Below, in pieces: positions 49,254 through 58,875 of a stretch of DNA of 64,000 nucleotides. Origin of the DNA: an uncultured Clostridia bacterium (GTDB lineage Bacteria > Bacillota > Clostridia > Christensenellales > CAAEEZ01); assembly GCA_934365195.1 (NCBI GenBank), contig CAKRNA010000006.1:72962-136961 (forward strand), in the 5' to 3' direction. Under the pieces are notes generated by a model. The model made no database searches, was not told the origin of the DNA, and saw only the letters and a program-made list of their open reading frames with translations. The stretch's first letter is position 1, and the number at the start of each line of letters is the position of its first letter. Position numbers and translations under genes: made by a program.

Positions 49254-49597
49254 AGGCTCTTTTTTATTAAGTTATATTTTTAAATAATATATTTACCATT
49301 TTTAGTAGCGTTTTAGCAGCGAGTTTATGGCTAAGATTTTAAAAAGATAGAAGTAAGCAAAAAATTGCTTTTTAATTATTTTTAAAAATTGCGCTATCTT
49401 TAAAACAAAAAAACAAAAACATTAAAATTAAAAAACCACAAAACGAAAACAGATAGAAGAGGTTTTAAAAGCGGATAACCCTAGCAATTTGGTTTGATAA
49501 AAAAAGTAAAAATCAAGGCGAAAACAATAAAAAATCCGATAAAAAGTGCATATTAGTAGATTTTTGTGGAAAAACTTTTATAAAAGGCTGAAAACGA

Positions 49598-49615
49598 TTG
49601 TTAATTAGTTGACAA
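49598..49615 (+). promoter_or_regulatory. Rex-type operator TTGTTAATTAGTTGACAA, overlapping the -35 of the adhE promoter
   Basis: 1 mismatch to the clostridial Rex consensus TTGTTAAnnnnTTAACAA. Confidence 0.55.
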
Positions 49616-49642
49616 AGTGTATGCAAATGGTATATAGTGATA

Positions 49643-49660
49643 TTGTTAATTTTTTAACAG
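49643..49660 (+). promoter_or_regulatory. Second Rex-type operator TTGTTAATTTTTTAACAG
   Basis: 1 mismatch to the consensus; lies just downstream of the putative -10 (TATATA, about 49631). Confidence 0.55.
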
Positions 49661-49693
49661 CGGAAAAAGACAATAATTTTTTAGGAGATATAT

Positions 49694-52291
49694 ATGAAAG
49701 ATTTTGTAGTGAACAACGAAGAAAGTTTACAAGAAATGCTTAGAAGAGTTAGAGAGGCTCAAAGGAAATATGCTACCTACACGCAAGAGCAAGTAGACAA
49801 AATTTTCTACGAGGCTGCTATGGCTGCAAACAAGGCAAGGATTCCTCTTGCTAAGATGGCAGTTGAAGAAACGGGTATGGGTATTGTTGAAGATAAAGTT
49901 ATCAAAAATAACTACGCTGCAGAGTATATCTACAACGCTTACAAACACACCAGAACCTGCGGAGTGCTAGAAGAGGACGACGGATTTGGTTATATGAAAA
50001 TTGCAGAGCCTATCGGCGTAATCGCTGCGGTTATCCCTACCACGAACCCGACTTCTACCGCAATATTTAAGGCGCTTCTTGCTTTAAAAACTCGTAACGG
50101 CTTGATTTTCTCGCCACACCCAAGAGCAAAAAATTGCACGATTGCAGCAGGTAAATTAGTGCTTGAAGCAGCAGTTAAGGCAGGTGCTCCTGAGGATATT
50201 ATCGGCTGGATTGACGAGCCAAGCGTTCCGCTAAGCAACTTTATTATGAAAGAGGCAGATATCATTCTTGCAACCGGTGGTCCGGGCATGGTTAAGGCTG
50301 CTTATAGTTCAGGTAAGCCTGCAGTCGGCGTTGGCGCAGGTAACACCCCTGCAATTATCGACGAATCTGCAAATATCGAACTTGCCGTAAACTCTATCCT
50401 ACTTTCAAAAACTTTTGATAACGGTATGATTTGTGCGTCAGAGCAATCTTGTATCGTAGACAAAAAGATTTACGATAAGGTTAAAAAAGAGTTTAGTAAG
50501 AGGGGCGCATACTTCTTAAAGGACGACGAAATCGACAAAGTAAGAAAAACCATTTTGATAAACGGCGCATTGAACGCAAAAATCGTTGGTCAATCTGCAT
50601 ATAATATCGCAAAACTAGCCGGCGTTGAAGTTCCTGAGAGCGCAAAAGTGCTAATCGGCGAGGTAGAAAGCGTGGAAATCGAGGAAGAATTTGCACACGA
50701 GAAACTTAGCCCGGTACTTGCTATGTACAAGAGCGACAACTTCGACGACGCTGTAAACAAGGCTGAAAAACTTATTGCCGACGGTGGCTACGGTCACACC
50801 TCTAGCGTGTACCTTGACGAGCACACCGAGGACGAAAAATTACACAAATTCTACGCAAGAATGAAAACTTGCAGAGTACTTGTCAATACCCCTTCTTCTC
50901 AAGGCGGTATCGGTGACTTGTACAACTTCAAACTTGCTCCTAGCCTTACTCTTGGTTGTGGTTCTTGGGGCGGAAATAGTGTAAGCGAAAACGTTGGCGT
51001 AAAACATTTAATCAATATTAAGACCGTTGCTAAAAGGAGAGAAAATATGTTGTGGTTTAGAGCACCGGAAAAAGTATACTTCAAGAGAGGCTCTTTGAAA
51101 GTTGCTTTGGACGAACTAAAAGCAGTTATGGGCAAAAAGAGAGCGTTTATCGTAACCGATAAATTCTTGTACGAGAACGGATACACTAAAAACATTACCG
51201 AAAAATTAGAGGAAATGGGCATCGATTACGAAGTATTCAGCAGCGTTACCCCTGATCCTACTTTAACTTGCGCTAAGGAAGGTGCTAAAATTATGACCGC
51301 TTTCAAGCCTGACGTAATTATCTCTGTCGGCGGTGGTTCTCCTATGGACGCAGGTAAAATTATGTGGGTTATGTACGAGCACCCTGAAATCGAGTTCGAA
51401 GACCTTGCAATGAGATTTATGGATATTCGTAAGAGGGTGTACACCTTCCCTAAGATGGGCGAAAAGGCTTACTTTATCGCTATCCCAACCACAGCAGGTA
51501 CAGGTAGTGAGGTTACTCCGTTCGCCGTTATTACCGACGACAGAACGGGTACTAAATATCCGCTTGCAGACTATCAACTAATGCCTAATATGGCAATTAT
51601 CGACGCTGACCTTATGAGAAATATCCCAAGAGGACTAACCAGCGCATCAGGTATCGACGCTTTAACCCACGCTTTAGAGGCTATTGCAAGCATGATGGCT
51701 ACCGACTACACCGACGGCTTGGCATTAAAGGCTATCAAACTAATATTCGAATACCTACCTAGAGCATACGAACTAGGCAAAGACGATATGGAGGCAAGAG
51801 AGAGAATGGCAAACGCAAGTACCCTTGCAGGTATGGCTTTTGCAAACGCATTCCTTGGCGTATGTCACTCTATGGCTCACAAACTAGGCGCATACTTCCA
51901 CATTCCTCACGGCGTAGCAAACGCACTTATGATTGACGAAGTTATCCGCTTCAACGCAAGTGACGCTCCTGCTAAAATGGGTACGTTCCCTCAATACGCT
52001 TTCCCTAACTGTAAACGTCGTTATGCAGAGATTGCCGAGAACCTAGGCTTAACAGGAAAAACTGACGATGAAAAAATTGAGAAATTAATTGCTAAAATCG
52101 ACGAATTAAAGAGTATAATAAAATTACCAAGAACTATTAAAGAGTTCGGCGTAGACGAAACGGAGTTTTTGGAAAGACTTGATCAAATGACCGAAGACGC
52201 ATTCGACGATCAATGTACAGGCGCAAACCCTCGTTATCCACTAATGAAGGAAATCAAACAAATGTATTTGAATGCTTACTACGGCAAATAA
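49694..52291 (+). CDS. adhE: Bifunctional acetaldehyde-CoA/alcohol dehydrogenase
   Basis: 865 aa; N-terminal ALDH domain plus C-terminal Fe-ADH domain (GGGSPMDAGK). Confidence 0.95.
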   Translation: MKDFVVNNEESLQEMLRRVREAQRKYATYTQEQVDKIFYEAAMAANKARIPLAKMAVEETGMGIVEDKVIKNNYAAEYIYNAYKHTRTCGVLEEDDGFGYMKIAEPIGVIAAVIPTTNPTSTAIFKALLALKTRNGLIFSPHPRAKNCTIAAGKLVLEAAVKAGAPEDIIGWIDEPSVPLSNFIMKEADIILATGGPGMVKAAYSSGKPAVGVGAGNTPAIIDESANIELAVNSILLSKTFDNGMICASEQSCIVDKKIYDKVKKEFSKRGAYFLKDDEIDKVRKTILINGALNAKIVGQSAYNIAKLAGVEVPESAKVLIGEVESVEIEEEFAHEKLSPVLAMYKSDNFDDAVNKAEKLIADGGYGHTSSVYLDEHTEDEKLHKFYARMKTCRVLVNTPSSQGGIGDLYNFKLAPSLTLGCGSWGGNSVSENVGVKHLINIKTVAKRRENMLWFRAPEKVYFKRGSLKVALDELKAVMGKKRAFIVTDKFLYENGYTKNITEKLEEMGIDYEVFSSVTPDPTLTCAKEGAKIMTAFKPDVIISVGGGSPMDAGKIMWVMYEHPEIEFEDLAMRFMDIRKRVYTFPKMGEKAYFIAIPTTAGTGSEVTPFAVITDDRTGTKYPLADYQLMPNMAIIDADLMRNIPRGLTSASGIDALTHALEAIASMMATDYTDGLALKAIKLIFEYLPRAYELGKDDMEARERMANASTLAGMAFANAFLGVCHSMAHKLGAYFHIPHGVANALMIDEVIRFNASDAPAKMGTFPQYAFPNCKRRYAEIAENLGLTGKTDDEKIEKLIAKIDELKSIIKLPRTIKEFGVDETEFLERLDQMTEDAFDDQCTGANPRYPLMKEIKQMYLNAYYGK

Positions 52292-52300
52292 GGAGGAAAA

Positions 52301-53050
52301 ATGGAACTAAAAAAAGTTGTTGCTAAAAGAAGCAATAAAACCATCTACAAATCGGGAGATAATTGCGTAAAAGTTTTCTCCGAGGAATTCAAACATTCCG
52401 ACGTGTTGAACGAGGCGCTTAACCACGCAAGAGCAGTTGAAACGGGACTTCTAGTACCTCAAATTAAAGACGTTGGTGTAATAGAAGGCGAAAAATGGGG
52501 CATCGTTACCGAGTACGTTGAGGGCAAAACCTTGTCTGCTTTGTTTAAGGAGAACCCTGATAAAATCGACGAGTACCTTGAAAATTTCGTTGACCTACAA
52601 TTAGAAATACATTCTAAAAAGTCACCTTTACTAAACAAATTAAAGGATAAAATGACAAGAAAAATCGACGAAACCACTTTCGACGCTACCACAAGATACG
52701 AATTAAAAATGCGTCTTGACAGCATGCCGAAGCACGATAAAGTTTGCCACGGTGACTTCACGCCAAGCAACATTATCGTAAACGATAAGGGTTGGTACGT
52801 TATCGACTGGTCACACGCAACCCAAGGTAACGCAAGTGCAGACGTTGCAAGAACCTACCTAATCTTCAACCTAAACTACAACGAGGAGATTGCTAACAAA
52901 TATCTTGATATTTTCTGCAAAAAGAGTGACACGGCAAAACAATACGTTTTAAAATGGTTGCCTATAGTTGCTGCTAGTCAATCGGTAAAAGGCAATAAGG
53001 AAGAAAGAGACTTCTTGGCAAAATGGGTAGACGTAGTAGAGTACGAATAA
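52301..53050 (+). CDS. APH/choline-kinase-family phosphotransferase
   Basis: Brenner-type motif CHGDFTPSNIIV and IDW. Confidence 0.7.
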   Translation: MELKKVVAKRSNKTIYKSGDNCVKVFSEEFKHSDVLNEALNHARAVETGLLVPQIKDVGVIEGEKWGIVTEYVEGKTLSALFKENPDKIDEYLENFVDLQLEIHSKKSPLLNKLKDKMTRKIDETTFDATTRYELKMRLDSMPKHDKVCHGDFTPSNIIVNDKGWYVIDWSHATQGNASADVARTYLIFNLNYNEEIANKYLDIFCKKSDTAKQYVLKWLPIVAASQSVKGNKEERDFLAKWVDVVEYE

Positions 53051-53076
53051 AAATAAATAGTAAAACGCAAATTAAA

Positions 53077-53101
53077 AGTCCGCTAAATGCGGACTTTTTT
53101 A
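53077..53101 (+). terminator. Intrinsic terminator
   Basis: AGTCCGC-TAAAT-GCGGACT followed by T6. Confidence 0.8.
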
Positions 53102-53349
53102 CAACTTAAATTGCTACAGCGGGATTGCTTAGGCAATTTTGTTGCGCAAGATAAACCCTACTAACTTACTAATTCGCTAATTTTTTAAAATACGCACTAA
53201 GCGTAGCGAACAATAAAGTTAAGTTAGCGGAAAGTAAAAATAATAGCCGTTTTTATAATAAAAATTAACAAAACGAGTATACATATATTATATATCACCA
53301 AACGGTGAAATGTCAAGAGGTAGTCTCCATTCGGTGATATAGTAAAGGT

Positions 53350-53550
53350 ATGTACAAAGAAAGTTTTGCAAAGATTTTAAAGGAGTACATCGGGGAAAGA
53401 AGTATAAACCAAGTAGCAAAAGAAATTGGTATTCCCACCCAAACTTTGCATCGTTACGTAAATTGTCAGCGTGAAATCGGGCTGGAAAACCTTGTGAAGA
53501 TTGCGGATTATTTTGATGTAACGCTTGACGAACTCGTCGGGCGCAAATAG
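53350..53550 (+). CDS. XRE-family HTH transcriptional regulator (66 aa)
   Basis: SINQVAKEIGIPTQTLHRYVNCQRE HTH. Confidence 0.8.
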   Translation: MYKESFAKILKEYIGERSINQVAKEIGIPTQTLHRYVNCQREIGLENLVKIADYFDVTLDELVGRK

Positions 53551-53573
53551 AATTTTTTTGTTGAGGTGATTAA

Positions 53574-53616
53574 GCGCCCCAAAGTTTTTAACTAAACTTT
53601 TGGAGTGCTTTTTTAT
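53574..53616 (+). terminator. Hairpin terminator related to the 6.5/7.0 kb hairpin repeats
   Basis: GCGCCCCAAAGTTT-loop-AACTTTTGGAGTGC followed by TTTTTTA; shares AACTTTTGGAGTGC with 6571-6584. Confidence 0.6.
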
Positions 53617-53682
53617 TTGTGTTTTTTTGGTAAAATCAACCGTTTTTATAGGCAAGCAAGCAAAAAGTGGTATAATAAAAAT

Positions 53683-54240
53683 ATGCTAACAGAACTTGAA
53701 AAGGAAATTAAAAATTGCACGAAATGTAGGCTTTGTAAAACCCGAACAAACGTGGTGGTGGGCGATGGTAATATTCGTGCAAAAATTATGCTAATAGGCG
53801 AAGGTCCGGGCGAAAACGAGGATTTAACGGGCGTTGCTTTCGTCGGGAAGGCAGGGCAACTACTGGATAAAATGTTGCTTAGTATAGGGCTGGATAGAAA
53901 AAGCACGTATATTTGCAATATTGTAAAATGCAGACCGCCAAAAAACCGCAATCCACAGCCTGACGAGGTTGCGGCTTGTATGGATTATTTAAGAAAGCAG
54001 TACTTGATAATGAAACCGAAAGCGGTGCTGCTGCTTGGTAGTATTGCGTGCAAAAATATTCTTGGCGAAAGTTTTTCAATAATGCGTAGCCACGGCAAAG
54101 AGGAAGTTAAAAAAGGCGTAATATTTATGCCGACTTTTCACCCGTCGGCGCTTTTAAGAAACGAAAACCTTAAAAAACTTGCGTGGGAAGACCTTAAAAA
54201 ATTTAGGAAAATATTAAAAGAGGAAAAGATAATTGAGTGA
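53683..54240 (+). CDS. Uracil-DNA glycosylase, family 4
   Basis: The start is set at MLTELEK. CxxC cluster, GEGPG motif and FHPSALLR motif are present. Confidence 0.85.
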   Translation: MLTELEKEIKNCTKCRLCKTRTNVVVGDGNIRAKIMLIGEGPGENEDLTGVAFVGKAGQLLDKMLLSIGLDRKSTYICNIVKCRPPKNRNPQPDEVAACMDYLRKQYLIMKPKAVLLLGSIACKNILGESFSIMRSHGKEEVKKGVIFMPTFHPSALLRNENLKKLAWEDLKKFRKILKEEKIIE

Positions 54241-54730
54241 GTTAAGACACGTAGTGCACACGTTTCTCCCCGTAAAAGACGAAAAAACCAAAGTTTTGGT
54301 GCTAGGTAGCGTGCCTAGTGTAAAGTCGATAGAGCAGGGCTTTTATTATATGCACAAGCAAAATAGGTTTTGGAAGGTGATGTCCAACCTATTAGGCGAG
54401 GACTTGTACTTTTGCCCGATAGAAAGGCGAACAGAGGCGCTGAAAAGCGCTAAGATAGGACTTTACGATGCGGTGGAAGAGTGCGATATCGAGGGCAGTA
54501 GCGACAATAAAATATATAATATCGTGCCAACAAACCTTGAAAAACTTATCGAAAACACCAAAGTAGAGGCGATATTTTGCTTAGGTGATAAAAGTTTTCA
54601 AATAGCGGTAAAAAACAACCCGAATTTAAGGGAAATTATCCATAAGTTGCCGTCAACAAGCCCTGCAAACGCCAAAATGAGCGTTGACGACCTAACAAAA
54701 GCGTTTAAGGTGATAATGGAATATCTATAA
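54233..54730 (+). CDS. UDG-superfamily glycosylase (family 6 / deoxyinosine glycosylase-like)
   Basis: LVLGSVPSVKS...GFYYMHKQNRFWKVM pattern; TTG start overlapping the upstream gene by 8 nt. Confidence 0.5.
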   Translation: MSELRHVVHTFLPVKDEKTKVLVLGSVPSVKSIEQGFYYMHKQNRFWKVMSNLLGEDLYFCPIERRTEALKSAKIGLYDAVEECDIEGSSDNKIYNIVPTNLEKLIENTKVEAIFCLGDKSFQIAVKNNPNLREIIHKLPSTSPANAKMSVDDLTKAFKVIMEYL

Positions 54731-54996
54731 GAAAACGAAAATCAAATTAAAACTTTAAAGCCAAAACCAAAAGACAAAATATCATTCGCTATGGTACGAT
54801 ACAAACTTAACGTAAAAAAAGATAGTAGTCGCTTTAAAGCGAAAACGAAAAAAGCCGAAAAGTCGGCTTTTTGTTGTATATTGAATTTTTAGTGCAAAAC
54901 GGAAGCATACGGTATTTTTAATTTAGAAAAACTATACGATAGAGGGTAAGTTTTGGTAATTATCTGTCGTAATTAAAAATAAAATGCACCTTATCC

Positions 54997-55032
54997 CTAG
55001 TAAATAGTAGTAATTTAGAAATTAACGCTTGC
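54997..55032 (+). repeat. Second copy of the dispersed CTAGTAAATAGT...TTTAGAAAT.AACG repeat, abutting the hlyIII stop codon
   Basis: Aligns with 45485-45519. Confidence 0.55.
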
Positions 55033-55656
55033 TTACAATACGTAGAAAAATACGCAGAAAAAGTGTAGCACGGCACCGGCAAGGCAGAAGAAATGCCAAA
55101 TGGAGTGCATGTACTCTTTGTGGATAGCGTAAAAGATTAAGCCAAGCATGTACATAAGCCCGCCGCTAGCAAGAAGGTAGACGCCGTTGCCTATTGCCGC
55201 ATACAAGTGGTTGATTACGAAAATGCACATCCAACCGGTGATTATGTAGCACGCCATAGTGATTGCCCTAAACTTTTTCACGTTGATAGAATTTAGAATA
55301 ATAGAAAATATCGATAGCCCGACAACAACGCCCGTTAGAATGTAGCCAAGTTTGTTTTGTAGTCCCCCTACAAAAAAAGCAACGTTACAACCTGCAATGG
55401 ATAAGTTCACGGACAAGTGGTCGAATTTTTGTGTTACACGCCTTACGTTTTCCTTTTTGGTGGAGTGGTAAACCGTGGAGGACAAGTAAATCTCTATAAA
55501 CGAAATTCCGTAAATTACAGCCGCCGCAATCTTGTTCGGGTTGCCCGTTTTTGCCGCCTTAATAGTAAGCAATATAAAACCTGCGATAGCAAGCAGCGTT
55601 CCTATCAAGTGCGAGATGATATTTAGTCTTTCTTCATTTTTTGTGTAAACCGGCAT
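55033..55656 (-). CDS. Hemolysin III / PAQR family membrane protein
   Basis: 7-TM protein; N-terminal EERLNIISHLIG and C-terminal HSIWHFF motifs. Confidence 0.85.
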   Translation of the reverse strand: MPVYTKNEERLNIISHLIGTLLAIAGFILLTIKAAKTGNPNKIAAAVIYGISFIEIYLSSTVYHSTKKENVRRVTQKFDHLSVNLSIAGCNVAFFVGGLQNKLGYILTGVVVGLSIFSIILNSINVKKFRAITMACYIITGWMCIFVINHLYAAIGNGVYLLASGGLMYMLGLIFYAIHKEYMHSIWHFFCLAGAVLHFFCVFFYVL

Positions 55657-55918
55657 ATATACCTCTTAGATTATAATTATATCAAAAAATTTTCTTCTTG
55701 GCAAATAAAGATTATAAAAGTAAAAACGCTACTATTAGTAACAAAAATGCGGTAAAATATTACAAAACCCGCCTAAAAGCCGATTAAATCAAAAAATATT
55801 AGGGTGATTTTTGAAAATATTCTTAAAATGTATAATATAAAACGAGGTCGCTATTGACAAGAAAAAAAACGGGGGGTATAATAAGATAAGTCGGTCAAGC
55901 GACTGATAAAAGGGGATT

Positions 55919-57112
55919 ATGATAAAACAAAATCTATGCGCAAAGTTTAACGAATTGCAAAAGGAATTACACTTCACAAGTTTTTCTATCTGCGCCTACG
56001 ATAACGGAATAGTCTACTACACCAAAGACGGCAAATCCGCCGGTGAAAAGCCTATTAAAGAGTTTGACAAGGGGCTAAGAGGTAAGGTAGTACAAAAGGT
56101 GTTTGGTAAAGGTAAGGCGAACGTCGTTGTGTTTTTCTATTCGCAAAATATCGAAAAATGCGCAGGTTTTGGCGGTATTCCCACCGCTCTTGACGACTAC
56201 ACCGAGATGTTCGGTAAGAAGTTAAAGGTGGTTGAATGCGACGAAAAAAAGGTACTTAGGGCGCTAAACCGAAATAAAAGCATTATCGTAAAAGGTAAGT
56301 ACTGCATTGCGCTTGCAAGGTCTATTGACGAGGCAGGCACTATGGCAAGAATTATCGACAAAAACGCTTTCGTCATTGCAAAATGTGAGGGCAAAACGGT
56401 AAAAATAAACAAGATTGTAGCAAAAGGTATGAATATCGGCTACACCAAGTATTATTCCAAAGGCAACCAAGATAGAGTATGGGAAAAGGAAAAAACTCAG
56501 CCTATCAACACCCTTAAGGACGTAAAAATCGAAATAGCGGATATTATAAATAGCGACAGAAGAATAGAGGCGCTTACGACGGCAAAAAAGGTGTACCAAG
56601 ACGATTTTACGCAAGGTACGTGGGGCAACGTGTCTATTAGGATAGACGACAAAACGCTGTACTGCACACCAAAGGCAATCGGCTACGGACTGCTTACCCC
56701 GGAGGACATCGTAACGATGGATTTTAGGACGGTAACGCAAATTGCAGGGGACGTAAAAGCCACCAGCGAAAAGGGTATCCATTGCAGGATAATGAACGAG
56801 AAAAAGGACGCATACGTTGTCGTTCACGCTCACCCAAGGTATAGTTCGGTGTTCTGCGCTAAGAATATGACCTTAGAGGTTTCTGAAGAAAACAGGGCGC
56901 TATTAGGCGATAAAGTGTATTGTTCAAAACACGCAATCCCTATGACGAAAAGGCTTGCGAATAACACCGTGGACGCTATGAACAAGAAAGCGGTGTTTAT
57001 GGGTAATCACGGCGTAGCGGTTTACGGCGAAAGCATCGAGGACGTATTCAACGTGCTTAACGCCCTTGAAAAAGAAACCAAATCGGCATTAAGCCACAAA
57101 AAAAGACAGTAG
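55919..57112 (+). CDS. Class II aldolase/adducin-domain protein with an extra N-terminal, possibly degenerate aldolase-like domain
   Basis: The C-terminal half has GTWGNVSIR and VVHAHP. A TTGACA-N17-TATAAT promoter lies at about 55854-55882. Confidence 0.6.
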   Translation: MIKQNLCAKFNELQKELHFTSFSICAYDNGIVYYTKDGKSAGEKPIKEFDKGLRGKVVQKVFGKGKANVVVFFYSQNIEKCAGFGGIPTALDDYTEMFGKKLKVVECDEKKVLRALNRNKSIIVKGKYCIALARSIDEAGTMARIIDKNAFVIAKCEGKTVKINKIVAKGMNIGYTKYYSKGNQDRVWEKEKTQPINTLKDVKIEIADIINSDRRIEALTTAKKVYQDDFTQGTWGNVSIRIDDKTLYCTPKAIGYGLLTPEDIVTMDFRTVTQIAGDVKATSEKGIHCRIMNEKKDAYVVVHAHPRYSSVFCAKNMTLEVSEENRALLGDKVYCSKHAIPMTKRLANNTVDAMNKKAVFMGNHGVAVYGESIEDVFNVLNALEKETKSALSHKKRQ

Positions 57113-57156
57113 TTAATTTTGTCCAAAATTAATTCACTTATATACTCTCTCTTAAA

Positions 57157-57180
57157 AGCCTGCGTTTTGCAGGCTTTTAT
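57157..57180 (+). terminator. Intrinsic terminator
   Basis: AGCCTGC-GTTTT-GCAGGCT followed by TTTAT. Confidence 0.7.
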
Positions 57181-57386
57181 CCTATAATTTTTTGGTAATT
57201 AAAGCGAAAAATATGGTAAATCTTAGAAAAAAGGAGATAAAAGAATAACGAAAAAAGAAAAGGGATAAGAAAGAGAAAAGAGGAGGGGAATTTTGGAAAG
57301 AAATAGGATAAAAAGAGACAAAATGCTACAAAAAGGTAGGCATTTTTGGGGGAAAATGGTACAATATAAATAGTAGGAGAGATAAT

Positions 57387-57893
57387 ATGAAAGTTAAATT
57401 TGAAGTAGTAGAAGGCGACATTTTAAATCAAGTAAACTGGGCTGACGCTATTGTGAATTGCGCAAACTCAATGATGATTCACGGCGGTGGAATATGCGGC
57501 ACTATTTTCGAGGCGGCAGGCAAGGAACTAGACAAGGAATGTAAGGAATTTAGGGGCAGAAACGTAGGCGACGCTATCCTTACAAGCGGCTACAATATCC
57601 CTACAAAAATCATACATGCAGTAGGTCCGAGATACGATAACAGCGGCTACGACACGGGAGATATACTATTAAAAACCTATCAAAACGTAATAAAAGTTGC
57701 TGAGGGAAACGGTATTGAAAAGGTTGCTTTTCCGCTAATTTCCAGCGGTATTTATAGGTATCCGCTACCGCTTGCGTCACAAGTGGCAACCGATTATTTA
57801 AAAAATTTGGAGTCTGAGGTAGTTAAGGAAGTAAGGCTGGTACTATTTAACAGAGTGTACTACTTGCTATGTAGGGAACTTGCAAACAATTAA
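57387..57893 (+). CDS. Macro domain protein (ADP-ribose binding/hydrolase)
   Basis: GDILNQ...AIVNCANSMMIHGGGICGTIFEAAG pattern. Confidence 0.8.
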   Translation: MKVKFEVVEGDILNQVNWADAIVNCANSMMIHGGGICGTIFEAAGKELDKECKEFRGRNVGDAILTSGYNIPTKIIHAVGPRYDNSGYDTGDILLKTYQNVIKVAEGNGIEKVAFPLISSGIYRYPLPLASQVATDYLKNLESEVVKEVRLVLFNRVYYLLCRELANN

Positions 57894-58224
57894 AAACTGC
57901 TAAACCAACCTAATTTTAATAAGGTTTTTGCTTAGAAAAACTACTAAAAACTGCAATCGCTATTTAAAATTTGGATATGACAATACCCAAAAAACAATAG
58001 CGATAAAGGTAATTTGCAAAAAAATAGAATAACGAAAAGAGCAAATACCTAACCAAAACTTGCGAAATAATAGTGAAAAATAAGTATAATCATAAAAGAA
58101 AAGTTGCAAAAAACAGCATAATGCAGAAAGCAAAAGTATAAAAAGTTACAAAAAATAGCGTAATAAAAGAGCAAAAACAATAATAAAAATAGCGAAAAAA
58201 TGGCTAAATAAAGAAAATAATAAA

Positions 58225-58256
58225 AACACAAAACCTCGCAAAAAGCGAGGTTTTTC
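58225..58256 (-). terminator. Terminator downstream of mgsA (possibly bidirectional)
   Basis: ACCTCGC-AAAAA-GCGAGGT with T/A runs on both sides. Confidence 0.65.
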
Positions 58257-58313
58257 TTCTAATTTTAACCGATAAACCCTTGATTGTGTCAAAATAAGCG
58301 CATTTTAAATAGT

Positions 58314-58706
58314 TTATTCAAATACGTTTTGAGGGAAGTTATTAGTTTCTAGCGCCTTTAACATAATCTCCGCACTTTTTAGGTTTGTTGCAAGCGGAAT
58401 GTTTTGAACGTCGCAAAGTCGTAGTAGCGCAGATACGTCAGGCTCGTGAGGTTGGGCAGTAAGCGGATCACGTAGGAAAATAATAAGGTCTAGTTTGCCT
58501 TCTGCTACCATAGAGCCTATTTGTTGGTCGCCGCCTAGCGGACCGCTTTTCATACGGGTGATGTTTAGCCCCGTTTCCCCCATAATTAGAGTACCGGTCG
58601 TGCCCGTTGCGAATAGTTCGTGCTTTGCCAAAACGTCTTTATGTTTTATAGCAAGTTTAATAATATCCCCTTTCTTTTTGTCGTGTGCTATTAGTGCAAT
58701 TCTCAT
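58314..58706 (-). CDS. mgsA: Methylglyoxal synthase
   Basis: [16 protein letters not shown] and [11 protein letters not shown] motifs. Confidence 0.9.
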   Translation of the reverse strand: MRIALIAHDKKKGDIIKLAIKHKDVLAKHELFATGTTGTLIMGETGLNITRMKSGPLGGDQQIGSMVAEGKLDLIIFLRDPLTAQPHEPDVSALLRLCDVQNIPLATNLKSAEIMLKALETNNFPQNVFE

Positions 58707-58875
58707 ATTTAAGTCTCCTTGATTAAATTATAGCAAATATAAAGTTTGGGTGCAATGGTATTTCGTTTATAATTAGCCATATTTTGCAAATAATAAGTGA
58801 AAAAAAATTCAAAAAGTTTGCAAAAAACGATAAATACGTGTTGTTTATGATATTTTATTATAGTATAATGTGTTT

